Assembly (NCBI GenBank): GCA_964036045.1
Contig: OZ038378.1
Location: 145,080,001-145,144,000 of the forward strand
DNA length: 64,000 nucleotides
Source of the DNA: Eutreptiella sp. 'Long Island Sound 2002'
Lineage: Eukaryota; Protista; Euglenida
Direction: 5' to 3'
The notes under the pieces were generated by a model. It did not search any database, had not been told where the DNA came from, and worked only from the letters and a program-made list of their open reading frames with translations. Of the stretch, positions 19,214-29,579 are shown in pieces (position 1 is the first letter of the stretch; each line of letters opens with the position of its first letter). The position numbers were made by a program, and so were the translations under genes.

Positions 19214-22200
19214 TTAGACCGCTGACTCAAGGGCAGGGGGACGCAGCCCCTCTAGGGCCGCGGTCAGGTCCGGGTTGTCATGCTTATGCACCCACTCTTC
19301 CAGGCACTCCTCACAGACCACCGGGTAATAGTCGGTGTCCCGCATCAACGCAGGCCATTCCGTGAGGATCCACATGTAGAACTCCTCCGGCTCCATCCAG
19401 TCGCCCCCATTGCAGAAGGACCACCCACAAAAGGGGCAGCGGTGCAGCACCGACGCCACATCGCCCGCCATAAAGCTGACGGGCACTTGGTGTGGGCTCT
19501 CTGCCACCGTCACGTTGGTGAACAGCAGCGAGTTCCCAAAGCGGTACACAAAGCTGATCATTTCCCGGCGGTTGTCCGGGTCGTCGCAATACCACTGGAA
19601 CTGGGTGTGGCACAGGTCGCCATCCCAGACCAACGAGCACAGGGTGTGGTAGAATCCTGCGAGTCGGTGCTCCATGAACATGGTCAGGGGCTGACCCTGC
19701 ACGGCGGAGGGGGTCGGGACCGGGGGATCGAGGGGAAGGTCGGCAAAGCGGATCCACTCCTCCGGGGTCATGACCTCCTGAATGATGCAGGCACGGTCCA
19801 CACTGTAGACAATGACGCGGTGCAGGTCCGGGTTGTACTCGTACAGCTTGTGCTTGCAACGAGTGCATGCAAACGGGTGGTTCTTGATGACCTCTACGTT
19901 CTTCGTGTGGATGCCAGCCTTGACGGTGACGGTAGTCTGCACACCGGCACCCACGCACAGCTCTGAGCCGGCCAGCTGCAGGTCATTGAACGTGCAGGAG
20001 GCCTGCATGGCCTGCACTAACGCCTCCGTCCCCTGCGGTGTGACCGCACTGTACTCCAGGTCAAGACTCTGGAATGCACGTGCAAACCGGATCCCATGTG
20101 CCAGCGCCTGTGCGCCCTCCTCCCCAACGTGATTCTGCCGCAGGTTCAGCCTCTCAAGCTGGCGCGCCTGCGCCAGCGCGTGTGCCAAGGCCGTGACACC
20201 CTCGGCGCCGATGCCGCAGCCCTGCAGATCGAACTGCCGCAGGGATTGGGAGCGGGCGAGTCCGGAGGCCAGTGTCTTGGCCCCTTCATCGGAGATGGGC
20301 ACATGAGTGAGTGTCAGGCTTTGGAGCGAGGCCGACTCGGCCAGGGCCTGTCCAAGCGCCTCAATGCCCTCTGGCTCTGCCTCGCAGCATCCCACGTTGA
20401 GGCTCAAGAGCTGCGTGGCCAAGCGGGCAACTGCGGCCATGGCCTGGGGCTCCAAATGGCAGGACTCGAAGTTGAGGTGTTTCACCGTCTTGCACTTCCG
20501 GAAGGCCTCGGCGAGCACGCGGGCGGTGCCGAGCTGCAGGACGTTGTGCGACAGGTCAACGCTCTCCAGCGACGGCGCTACTTCGACCGCGCGGGCGAGT
20601 GCCTCTCCCCCTTCTGCGTCCACGCCGACTCCAGAGAGCCCGAGGACCCGCAACTTTTTCGCGCGCGCCACGCCCTCGGCGAGGGCCTTCGTGCCGGGCG
20701 CGGCGAGCGTGTTGGTGTTCAGCAGCAGCTCCTGCAGCCGCGAGGCGCCGGGGAGGGCCTCGCCCAGGGCCATGGCGCCGAAGTGCGTGATCTGGTTGTC
20801 GGAGAGGTTGAGGCGCTCCACGGAGGACCCGGGCAACGCCTCCGCGAGGCACTCCGCGCCCCCGTCCCCCAGGGAGTTGCCCTTGAGACTCAATCCGGAC
20901 AACGCTGGGGAGGCGGTGATGCCGCGCTTCAGCAGCGGCAGTCGCATGCCGATGTTGGTGAAGTCCAGGTTCACGTACTTCAGCGTCGAGGAGCCCTCGA
21001 GGCACTCGCTCAGGCCCTCCAGCGCGGCGTCGGACAGCGGCGTGAAGGCCATGTTGAGGCTCTGCAGCGTCGGGGCGTTGGACAGACCCTTCGTGATGTG
21101 GTCCGTCTCGGCGGGGCTCAGCGTGCACGCCCTGAAGGCCAAGGCCCGTAGGCTCGTGGAGTGCCCCAGCGCCCGCGTGAACTCCTCCATCCCCTGATCA
21201 CCGAAGGTGCAGTTCTCGAACTCGACGGACTTGATGCGTTTGGAGTGCGTCACGAGGTCCCCGAGGGCCACGAGGCCCTCGTCGCCGATGGCGAGGCCGC
21301 CGAAGCTCCAGGTCTCGATCGAGTCCTGCGCCATCGCCGCGAACGCCAGCTCGACGATGTCGGCGGCGTCAGTGCCCGTGTGATGAAGCGACACCGACCG
21401 GAGTGACTTGCTGGTGGAGATCCGGTCGCCCACGCGGGAGGCGTCGAGGCCCCAGTCCACAACATTGAGGCTTCTGCAGTGGGCGTTGGCCAGCAGGTGA
21501 TAGAGGCGATGCTCCTGCTTTGAGTTCAGCGCCTTGGCGACGGCGATGTGGATGGGGACGCACCGGGCAAACTTCTTGTTCACCAGCCGCCACTTGCGCT
21601 TTGCGTTCTCAAACAGGAAAACCTCCGACAGGATGTCATCCGGGAGGAGGCCGATGCTACAGCGCGTGTGCTGAACCAGGTACTGCTGCCGCAGCTCCTG
21701 GGGGACGTAGGGCTGCGACAGGCTGAGGCCCCTCGGCGCCTCCGGTGTGGCGGCCGTGGGACTCGGTGCGCCATCCTCTCCGCCTGCATCGGCCTCGGCC
21801 TCGCTCCCCCGCGACGCGTGACGGGCGGCACTGCGCGCCAGCCCCTGCGCCGCCTCTTTGGCCGGGCCGGACCACGACGCAGGGGGCGTGCTCTCCGCGA
21901 CGGCCTTTGCGGCAGAAGGAGGCAGATCCAGCGGCCGGTGGTTGATGTTCGTGACGTTGGGCACACCGCCCCATTGCAGCTGCTGTGGAACGCTCTTCCG
22001 GAACCACATGAATGCCACGTCCTCAGAAGGCGCCTCGAGCAGGCATCCGACCGCGCTGTCTGCCACCTCCTCCGCCTTTGGGTACACCTGCGCCAGGGAA
22101 GTCACCGCCAGCCGGCCGCAGCAGCGGTTGATGGCGTACTCCACCAGCTCCCGGATCTGGTCTTCTTTTGGGGTGCAGCCCCTTGCGACCACTTGGCCAT

Positions 22201-23359
22201 TGTACACCGCGGCTGCCCCATCGCAGTCCATCAACGACTGCAGGCCGCTGTCCCCTGCCGCGAAGGCCTGGACGGGATCGTTGGACTCCCGCAGGCGCTG
22301 CAGAATGGCCGCGCGGACGGACCGGGTGCGCTCGCGCTCACGGGCCTCGTCGTTGATCTGCAGCTGCTTCACCTGCTGCGCAAGGACCTCAGTGGCCATC
22401 TGACACGCCACACGGCGCTCAAAGGGCACATAGAGGGGGCTCAAGTGATGACAGTATAGCAGACCCCAGAGCTTCGCGTCCACGATGATGGCGTGGCACA
22501 TGGAGCTCTGGACCCCCTGATTGGTCAGATGCGTGAGGTGGCAAGGTGCCACGGCCCGGATGCCCACCATAGACATATCGGGCCGCCGGCCTGTGTCCAC
22601 GTCATTCTCAGGGATCAGCGGGACCTCACCAGCCCTGACATCAGGGAAATGGGTGAAGAGGTTCCGGAGAAACAGCTCCCGGGTGTACTTGGGGGTGACC
22701 TGTGCTGGCCACTGCTTTCTGTAATACACCTCCACGCCCTTGCCCTCGTTGATCTTCTCTGCAACGACTTCGCAGTGCTCGGCCTCATGGAACTTCAGGA
22801 CCATCACCCGATCATATCCCGTGTCCCTCTGGATGGCCTCCACCGCCAACTGACAGGCATGATCACTGGTGGTGGTCCCTGGCAGCTGCTTGCTGACGTT
22901 GTGCACCAAAGCGCCCATCTTCAACTTCGACACGGCCTCACATGGTTCCAACTCTAAAAATGACACGTTGTCGCGAGTATGGAAGACTCCAGTGAAGGCA
23001 CTTCTGCAGTCGCCTTTGCCCATTTCAATGGGGATGCCCGACATGGCCTTGTATGACGCGTGGCTCAGTTCAGTCTCCAAAATGGTGTTGTAAGCAGCCT
23101 CCCCAATGATGGTCTTGAGTTTCTGCAGCAGGACCTCTTCGACTGTGAACCCCAGGTCTGTGATATTGGCGCTCACTTGGTTGATGATGAAAGTCTTGCT
23201 GCACATGATCAGCAAGTATCCGTGCGGCTGCACGGCACTGTGCAGCCCATCGCGAGAGCGCGTGTTCCATCCTGCTTTATGGTTCTTGCTGTCTTTCCGG
23301 GACTGCGGCAAATGAGGAGGCGCCCACGGCTGTATTGCATCCAGATTGCGGGAGCTCAT
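19214..23359 (-). CDS. phytochrome(PAS-GAF-PHY)-F-box-LRR fusion protein with C-terminal PAS-like/Cys4 domain, ~1381 aa, intronless
   Basis: PAS: VQPHGYLL...INQVSANI...FLELEP. GAF: GYDRVMVLKF, EVVAE, IRAVAPCHL, LWGLLYCHH. PHY: DCDGAA, TPKEDQI, WFRKS...WGG. F-box-like: LLPDDILSEVF...WRLVNKKF. ~18 28-aa LxxLxL repeats follow. First ATG after the SL relic is at 23359 (the ORF track starts at a GTG inside the SL). Confidence 0.9.
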   Translation of the reverse strand: MSSRNLDAIQPWAPPHLPQSRKDSKNHKAGWNTRSRDGLHSAVQPHGYLLIMCSKTFIINQVSANITDLGFTVEEVLLQKLKTIIGEAAYNTILETELSHASYKAMSGIPIEMGKGDCRSAFTGVFHTRDNVSFLELEPCEAVSKLKMGALVHNVSKQLPGTTTSDHACQLAVEAIQRDTGYDRVMVLKFHEAEHCEVVAEKINEGKGVEVYYRKQWPAQVTPKYTRELFLRNLFTHFPDVRAGEVPLIPENDVDTGRRPDMSMVGIRAVAPCHLTHLTNQGVQSSMCHAIIVDAKLWGLLYCHHLSPLYVPFERRVACQMATEVLAQQVKQLQINDEARERERTRSVRAAILQRLRESNDPVQAFAAGDSGLQSLMDCDGAAAVYNGQVVARGCTPKEDQIRELVEYAINRCCGRLAVTSLAQVYPKAEEVADSAVGCLLEAPSEDVAFMWFRKSVPQQLQWGGVPNVTNINHRPLDLPPSAAKAVAESTPPASWSGPAKEAAQGLARSAARHASRGSEAEADAGGEDGAPSPTAATPEAPRGLSLSQPYVPQELRQQYLVQHTRCSIGLLPDDILSEVFLFENAKRKWRLVNKKFARCVPIHIAVAKALNSKQEHRLYHLLANAHCRSLNVVDWGLDASRVGDRISTSKSLRSVSLHHTGTDAADIVELAFAAMAQDSIETWSFGGLAIGDEGLVALGDLVTHSKRIKSVEFENCTFGDQGMEEFTRALGHSTSLRALAFRACTLSPAETDHITKGLSNAPTLQSLNMAFTPLSDAALEGLSECLEGSSTLKYVNLDFTNIGMRLPLLKRGITASPALSGLSLKGNSLGDGGAECLAEALPGSSVERLNLSDNQITHFGAMALGEALPGASRLQELLLNTNTLAAPGTKALAEGVARAKKLRVLGLSGVGVDAEGGEALARAVEVAPSLESVDLSHNVLQLGTARVLAEAFRKCKTVKHLNFESCHLEPQAMAAVARLATQLLSLNVGCCEAEPEGIEALGQALAESASLQSLTLTHVPISDEGAKTLASGLARSQSLRQFDLQGCGIGAEGVTALAHALAQARQLERLNLRQNHVGEEGAQALAHGIRFARAFQSLDLEYSAVTPQGTEALVQAMQASCTFNDLQLAGSELCVGAGVQTTVTVKAGIHTKNVEVIKNHPFACTRCKHKLYEYNPDLHRVIVYSVDRACIIQEVMTPEEWIRFADLPLDPPVPTPSAVQGQPLTMFMEHRLAGFYHTLCSLVWDGDLCHTQFQWYCDDPDNRREMISFVYRFGNSLLFTNVTVAESPHQVPVSFMAGDVASVLHRCPFCGWSFCNGGDWMEPEEFYMWILTEWPALMRDTDYYPVVCEECLEEWVHKHDNPDLTAALEGLRPPALESAV

Positions 23360-23384
23360 AATGGATGGCACAAAAAGTAGATCT

Positions 23385-23412
23385 CGGAAAAGAATAGACA
23401 CTCAGAAGGTGG
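23385..23412 (-). other. relic euglenid spliced leader upstream of the phytochrome fusion
   Basis: Minus strand CCACCTTCTGAGTGTCTATTCTTTTCCG, 24/28 to the SL, 25 nt before the ATG. Confidence 0.85.
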
Positions 23413-23636
23413 TGTGGCAATGTTCTTTTGCGTTGGCTCCTGTGGGGAAGGGGAAGGCTCCCATGGGTACTTGGTTGACAATTCTATGTCCAAAGCCTCA
23501 GCACTCCTTTCAAGCAAAACCTTTTTTGTGGGCAACACACCAAGGGCTGGGTGGAACTCTAACTCACCCTAATCAAGACTGAATATTGGGACCGAGCTGG
23601 TGGGGGGGGGGGGGATAATAGCGACAGGCGGGAATA

Positions 23637-24492
23637 AGGATGCATGTTGAGGGACACAAAGAACGATTCCCACCCTTCAAAACCTTCCTCACTCGCTTCG
23701 CTCACTAGAGAGACATGCCCCCTAGCACTCTTCTCGCACCCCTCCCCCCGCATTCCCCCCTGGATCCCCTTGTGCTGCACTGGTCCAAAATTGCCCATTT
23801 CAAGGCTCATTGGACCAATTGAGGTGCTCAAACAAGCGAGTTTAGGCTATTTTGAGCCATATTTGACCCATAGTAGCCAAATGCAACTCCCCCAAACCCT
23901 TGAAATGCGCAATTTTACGACCAACGAATGGTCCGGGGGTCCAGGGGGGATATGCTGCGTTTGAATACCATGGATTGGGTTGGGCACCCTTGTGGTGATA
24001 CATATGATGAAGGGGATGAGCTGCAAGCTATCTCCACGCAGTCAACACCTTTCATGGCCCTATTGGAGTGGTGTAGCGTGCACAGTGCATGTGCTAGGGT
24101 AGGGTTAAGGGGTCACCGGTGGATGCAAAAGCAGTCAACAATGATTTTTCCACAGTGGATCCTAGACCACTTGGGGAGCTCAAACAAGTGGTTTAAGGCT
24201 ATTTGGAGCCACCAGGGGGCATGCCTCTTCAGCGAGCGGAGACATTTTGCAAGCCATATGAGCGCATATAAGCTCACAAAACATCCTTGAAATGTGCAAT
24301 CTTGGGACTGACAGTGCTGCAAACGGGGGTTCCATGGGGAATGCGGGGGGAGGGGTGATAGGGCAGGGGTGCGAGAAGAGTGCTAGGGGGCATGTCTCTC
24401 GAGTGAGCGAAGCAAGCGACGAAGGGTTTCGAGACCGGTATAAGGGGGGAAAGTGGCGGGAATCGTACTTTGTGTCCCTCAACATGCATTCT
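23637..24492. mobile_element. 856-bp non-autonomous DNA transposon / foldback with long imperfect TIRs and TA TSD
   Basis: TA|AGGATGCATGTTGAGGGACACAAAG ... CTTTGTGTCCCTCAACATGCATTCT|TA. Inverted similarity extends ~250-300 bp inward. Confidence 0.8.
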
Positions 24493-24509
24493 TACTTGGC
24501 CTTGTCGCT

Positions 24510-24541
<32 letters not shown>

Positions 24542-24545
24542 GAGA
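24510..24545. repeat. (GA)n microsatellite
   Basis: Direct reading. Confidence 0.95.
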
Positions 24546-25432
24546 ACTGGCGATGGCCGCCACCCAGAACAACTACGAAAGTTCCATCTTTAGTCCTTCT
24601 GGCATATGAACAATCAAAAGCTTATGTACATTGATGACAAACCTATTCAGGATTTTCCACTGACAGCTGAACACGTCACCCTCGAAAATAAAACCTCCCT
24701 CTTGAGCAGCACCCTGGATTTCCGAGGGCCAAACTCCTCACCTACCTTGGTCAAATACCACCGACTTTCACCTCCACCAGAAGCAGGGCTGTCAAAACAT
24801 GCACCACAGGCCACCGGGACAAGAACATTCAGTCAAATGGGACTGAAGAAAGGAACCAATGTCTCGTCAGAACTCAATGCTAGAAGGACAAGAGCTGTAG
24901 GGAGCCAGAGAACGCTGAAAATCACCAAACTCAGCTTGAGTTCCAAATACAGAGAGAGTATTCACGACTCTGTGAAGAGGTGGCTACGCACCATAGTTGT
25001 CCTGTGACTCGCATGAAGTAAATGCTGAGACAGAAGATGATAGTTTGCCAAGGAGGGAGGAGACACACTGCACCAAATCAGGACAAATCATGTCACTCAA
25101 ACGGACAGAAAACCGCCTGAAAGTGAAAAGGCAAACAATTGTTTGAGCACAAACAAGGGATTCCATTAGGAGCTGAAATACTTGAGAGGCAATGCAGAGA
25201 CCAGGTACCACCAGCCTTTGGCCTGGCAGAAGCATTATTGTCAAACAGCTGGAGAGAGTGGCGATTGCGCACCACACTGATCCCGTGACTTGCACGAGGC
25301 AAGCGGAAGAAGTTGTCTCCGGACACTGCATAATCAATTAGCGGAACCCCGCACTTCGGGGGTAGCTCCTACAGGGGAACCCAGCCAAACTCACACTCCG
25401 GATACTGACTCATCAACAGGTCTTTTTCCGCA

Positions 25433-25684
25433 ATGGCACCGAACAGCAAACCATACGCGTACTCTTTAGGTGAGCTCCTAGCGGCCGTGGACGCATCTCG
25501 CTCCCTAATACATTGTGACAAGCTGCTACTCGTCATTGATTCTAGGTATGCGAAGGATGGTTTCTCTTCAGTCTCCAAATGGAGAGCTAACGGGTGGCGC
25601 CTTGCTTCAGGGGCTCCATACAAGGAACTCTGGGAGGAAGTACTCTTCATCTTGGATAAATTTGGGGATCGTCTGACTGCATAG
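25433..25684 (+). pseudogene. retroelement RNase H fragment
   Basis: GELLAAV...LLLVIDSRYAKDGF...KWRANGW...YKELWEEV matches the AEL..A / TDS / W...W / DLW pattern of RNase HI. Upstream frame broken. Confidence 0.7.
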
Positions 25685-26175
25685 CCCGCGGTGGCCCAAA
25701 AGCCACGTTCTCCTTTCTCTGCTTCAAGCGCTCTCGTATTCTGGACGGCCACAGCTGCTCAAGTCATAGGGATGCTGTGCGCCTGCGCCATCGTCCTCCT
25801 GGCCCTTATCTAGGAGGCCGCAGCCAGAAGCCTTTGGCTTGTATGGGATGTGTCTCTGTCGGATGCGCATACCACCGCGCGGTGGAATCTCGTGCGCAGC
25901 AACCCCATATTGTGACAAGCCGAATTGCGGCCCCAGCTGTCCACATGGCTCGGGCTCTAGCTCTCCTCCACGCATGCCGGCGTGCTCCTTCAAAGGGAGA
26001 TCCGTTAAGTAGCCTCTGCATGCCCTTCTCGAGCTGTTGCTTTGTCCACGGTCACTCTCCTTCCGCCACAAGCTCAAGGAAGTACCACACCACAGGGGGG
26101 ATGTCTCCTCGCTTTTGTACGTGACCCCCCCCCCAAAAATTAGAAATGGGCCGAATGCCCCCGAGGGGGGGGGGC

Positions 26176-26430
26176 ATGAGCAACGGATATAGGACTCGCA
26201 TACACCCCCGTGACACAAGCATATGGTCATCGTCACCACTCTCAGTTCATTGTTTGACCTGTTGCTCTGGGCCATGAGGCAACGGAAACTGGGCTCGCAT
26301 ACGCCCCCGTGTCACAGGCGTATGGTCATAACCACATTGTTCAGTGTTTTCCTTGCTGCACTGCAGCGCAGACCAGTTCTGTACCACACCAGGTGGTTGC
26401 TGACTGTGCTTTGGCTTCGGTCCTCTGGAC
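26176..26430 (-). mobile_element. two tandem SINE-like copies sharing the LINE 3' end (starts 26176, 26274)
   Basis: atgag(g)caacgga-a-...cccccgtg-caca-g...tggtcat matches the LINE terminus at 5541-5596. Confidence 0.7.
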
Positions 26431-27021
26431 TCTGAGGTCAGCTCGCACCCACCACCCTCCCACAGTGCCGGTTAGTCTCTAACCCTTGCCCTGCAGGTCG
26501 TGCCCCTGTCATGCACTTGCTCTCTGGCACGTGAGGACGTGTCGTACCCGATCCTCGGGGGCGCAAAGGCGCCTTTGGCGGCGCAAAGGCGTCTCAACAT
26601 TTCAACACAAGTTCCGGCTGCCGGTCTCCTCAACAGATCATTGCTGTACTGTGTGTGGCGCATACCTTTTCAGTACCACACCATGCGTGCACATTCATGC
26701 GCATGCTGTTTGCTTTTTCTTGCCCGCTAACTTCCAGCTGTCTTACGTGGACCGCACTCTCGCAGCCCCTAGTCATGCTTTGGCTGTTCAACACGTGACG
26801 ATGTGTCGAGCCTGTGGCTCAGGGGCGCTACGGCGCCCTGCTTTTTCATTTCTTGACTGTTCCGTGCTGCCGTGGCGTCCCATTTACCCTGGTCAGCTCG
26901 AACCCACCCTGGTCAGCCCGAACCCACCACCCTCCCTTTGCGCCGGTTAGCCCCGGTCTCTTGTTGCTCTTGGGGGGGGGGGGGGTCTTGAGGGGGTGGG
27001 TTCCGGGAGGGGCAATGGGCC

Positions 27022-27165
27022 ATGAGGCAACGGATACTGGGCTCGCATACGCCCCCGTGTCACAGGCGCATGGTCATCACCACATAGTTCAGTGTTTTTT
27101 CCTTGCTGCACTGCAGCGCAGACCAGTTCTAAACCACTCCAGGTGGCTGCTGACTGTGCTTTGGC
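27022..27165 (-). mobile_element. SINE-like copy sharing the LINE 3' end
   Basis: Near-identical to the 26274 copy over ~140 bp. Confidence 0.7.
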
Positions 27166-27258
27166 CTGGGCAATGGGGCAATGGGGGGGGGGGGGGGGGT
27201 TCGGGAGGGTCGGTTGGGGGGGGGGGTCCAGGTGGGGCAATTTGGGGTGGTGGGGGGA

Positions 27259-27385
27259 ATGAAGCAACGGATACTCAGCTACCATATGACCCCCGTGACA
27301 CAAGCCATAGGTCACAGCTCGAACCAGTGCTGAATGCTGCCTTGAGTTCGCCACGCTGGGCTATCGAATGTTTCATAGGCCGGTT
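27259..27385 (-). mobile_element. SINE-like copy whose first ~45 bp are nearly identical to the LINE 3' terminus
   Basis: tgaagcaacggatactcagctaccatatgacccccgtgacaca is identical to 5541-5583, then diverges into a body shared with the 52700 copy (ttgag-t...ggctatcgaatgtttc). Confidence 0.75.
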
Positions 27386-28539
27386 CTTACCACAATCGAG
27401 GTTGTTTGGGCCAGACATCAGGATAGTCTTCATCCGAGTCGCTCGTGACACACGATCCTCCCGACCAGTCCCGACCAGAGTCTGTATCCCACGTGTGTGG
27501 CATTTCAACGAGTCCCAGGTTTGGGGTGGTGGGGGGGGGGGGCACAGGCTCCCCTCACCTCCCCTTGCCCTCCCTCTAAGCATACTAATACCATTAACCT
27601 AACCCTAACCTTTGTGGCCAGCTGGTTTGGCCATGCCACCCTTGTTGATTGGGGTGAAGAAGATCCCCCAAATTTCGTTCATGGCTGCTAGTGCCACATC
27701 ATTGCTCTCCATTTTGAAGCCCAACAGTCCCTCTAACTCGAGCCTAGGGTGAGAGTTAGGGCTAGGGTCACCGAGCTGGTGGAACCAATCTTGGTTTTAT
27801 AACCCTCTTTAGTGTCTAGGGTGGACCTAACAGGTTTGGCAAGCAAGCAGCAAGCGGCAAGCACGCGGGAAATGGAAAAAAATCACAGCTCCGTCGTGGT
27901 GCTTCAGATTCGGCCAAAATTTTGGTGGATGCTACCTATGGGTGTGAGGGACAACCACACAAAGTATGAGCAAGAAACTCAACGGTGGCGGCCGGGAACG
28001 GGCGTCGCAAGTGCCCGACCTCAAATTCAAAATCTGCAGGTTGGGGCCAAAATCAACCTTTTTTTGCCCAAAACCGCCCTAGAACATGCTGAAAACGGCC
28101 AAATGAAGGGAAATAGACTTCCCTGTGCCTTTAGGGCCCCCCAACTCCACAATATGTCCGCGAACCGCCCCCAAAAGGCCCCCAAAAGCCCCAAAATTTG
28201 TGCACATTGGCCGCCGACAGCCCAAAACCAAAGACAGACCACATCTTGGGCTACGTGGCTCAAAACGCGATTTCGAGCGCACCTAATCTACCCGCAACCA
28301 CCCACTTTGGGTGGTTTCCACCCCTCAAAATTGCCCTAACCGACGCCTAGACCCCCGTACTTAGGCCTAGTGGGCTGCGGCAAGCTGTAGGAGGTAGCCC
28401 AAAGAGGTGGATGCCAAAATGGGCCAACAAGGCCCACCGTGTGCAAAAAAATGACTCCTTTCAAAAATGATCCTAGACCACATGGAATGCCAAAACAAGT
28501 GTTTTTGGCGCGTTTTGAGCTCGTGGTGGCCCGTTTTGG

Positions 28540-29110
28540 CCCTCCTAAAATCCCAAAATGCCTTGAAAATGGGCTGTTTCGGGACGAAAAATGGGTCAAA
28601 AATGGGTCCAAAATGCATTTTTCCAAATATGATCCAAGACCATTTGGGGTGCCTGAACAAGTGAAATGAGCCCATTTTGGGCCCATTGCAAGCCATTTCA
28701 GCGCCTCCAAGGTCACAAAATGCTTTGAAAATGGGTTGTTTTGGGACAAAAAATGGGTCAAAAATGGGTCAAAAATGTGTTTTTCCAAAAATGATTCTAA
28801 GACCATTTGGGGTGCACAAACAATTGAAATGAGCCCTTTTTGAGCCCATTGTAAGCCATTTTGGCCACTCCCGAGTCACAGAATGCCTTGAAAATGGGCT
28901 GTTTTGGGACCAAAAGTCAGTCAAAAATGGATCAAAAGTGTGTTTTTACAAAGATACTTTTGGACTATTTGGGGTGCACAAACAAGTGGAATGAGCCCAT
29001 TTTGACCCCATGTTGAGCAATTTTGGCCCCTCTCAAGGCCGAAAGGGCCTTGAAAATGGGCCTATTTGGGACCACGAATGGCTCAGCAACGGGTCAAACC
29101 CATGGTTTTC
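28540..29110. repeat. ~162-bp degenerate tandem repeat, ~3.5-4 units
   Basis: gc(c/t)ttgaaaatggg recurs at 28560, 28722, 28885 and 29047, each followed by aaaaatgggtcaaaaatgg-like and aacaagtg/gagcccatttt motifs. Confidence 0.85.
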
Positions 29111-29579
29111 CAAAAATGATCCTAGTCCAGTTGTGGTGCCCAAACGGATGAATCTACTTTCGAGTCGTACCTCATTTGTCGTTGAAGTCTCCTAGACAAT
29201 GTTCCTTCCCCCACCAGCTCGGTCCCAATATTGAGTCTTGATTGGGGTTAGGGTCAAGGGTAAGGTTTGGGGGTGGGGTTAGGAGTATGCTGAGGGTTGG
29301 GGTGGGCGTTAGAGTCAAGGTTGGGTTCCAGGATAGTGTTGGGGTGCAAAGTGGACAAAATGGGCAAGGGGAATGAAAGGAATTTTTCGGGCACCTTCGG
29401 CGCCACCACATGTATGGCTAGTAGCTTTTGACCCTTGGCAACTAAGTGGGCCCGAAGGGCAGGGAGGGGGGGGGGGTTGCGTACTAGAACCGAGGAGATC
29501 CGCCCCCCCCCCCCCCCCGTGTACCGCGCAAGCCACTGGAACCACTCTCATGTGAGCGCCGTAGGGATCTTTGCTGGCA

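Noticed and set aside
20096-21197. 296-351-aa plus-strand ORFs inside the LRR region
   Set aside because: Antisense shadows of high-GC3 codons in the phytochrome fusion.
23360-23401. ORF-track start (GTG at 23401) for the phytochrome fusion
   Set aside because: This stretch is the SL relic plus 5' UTR; the first ATG is at 23359.
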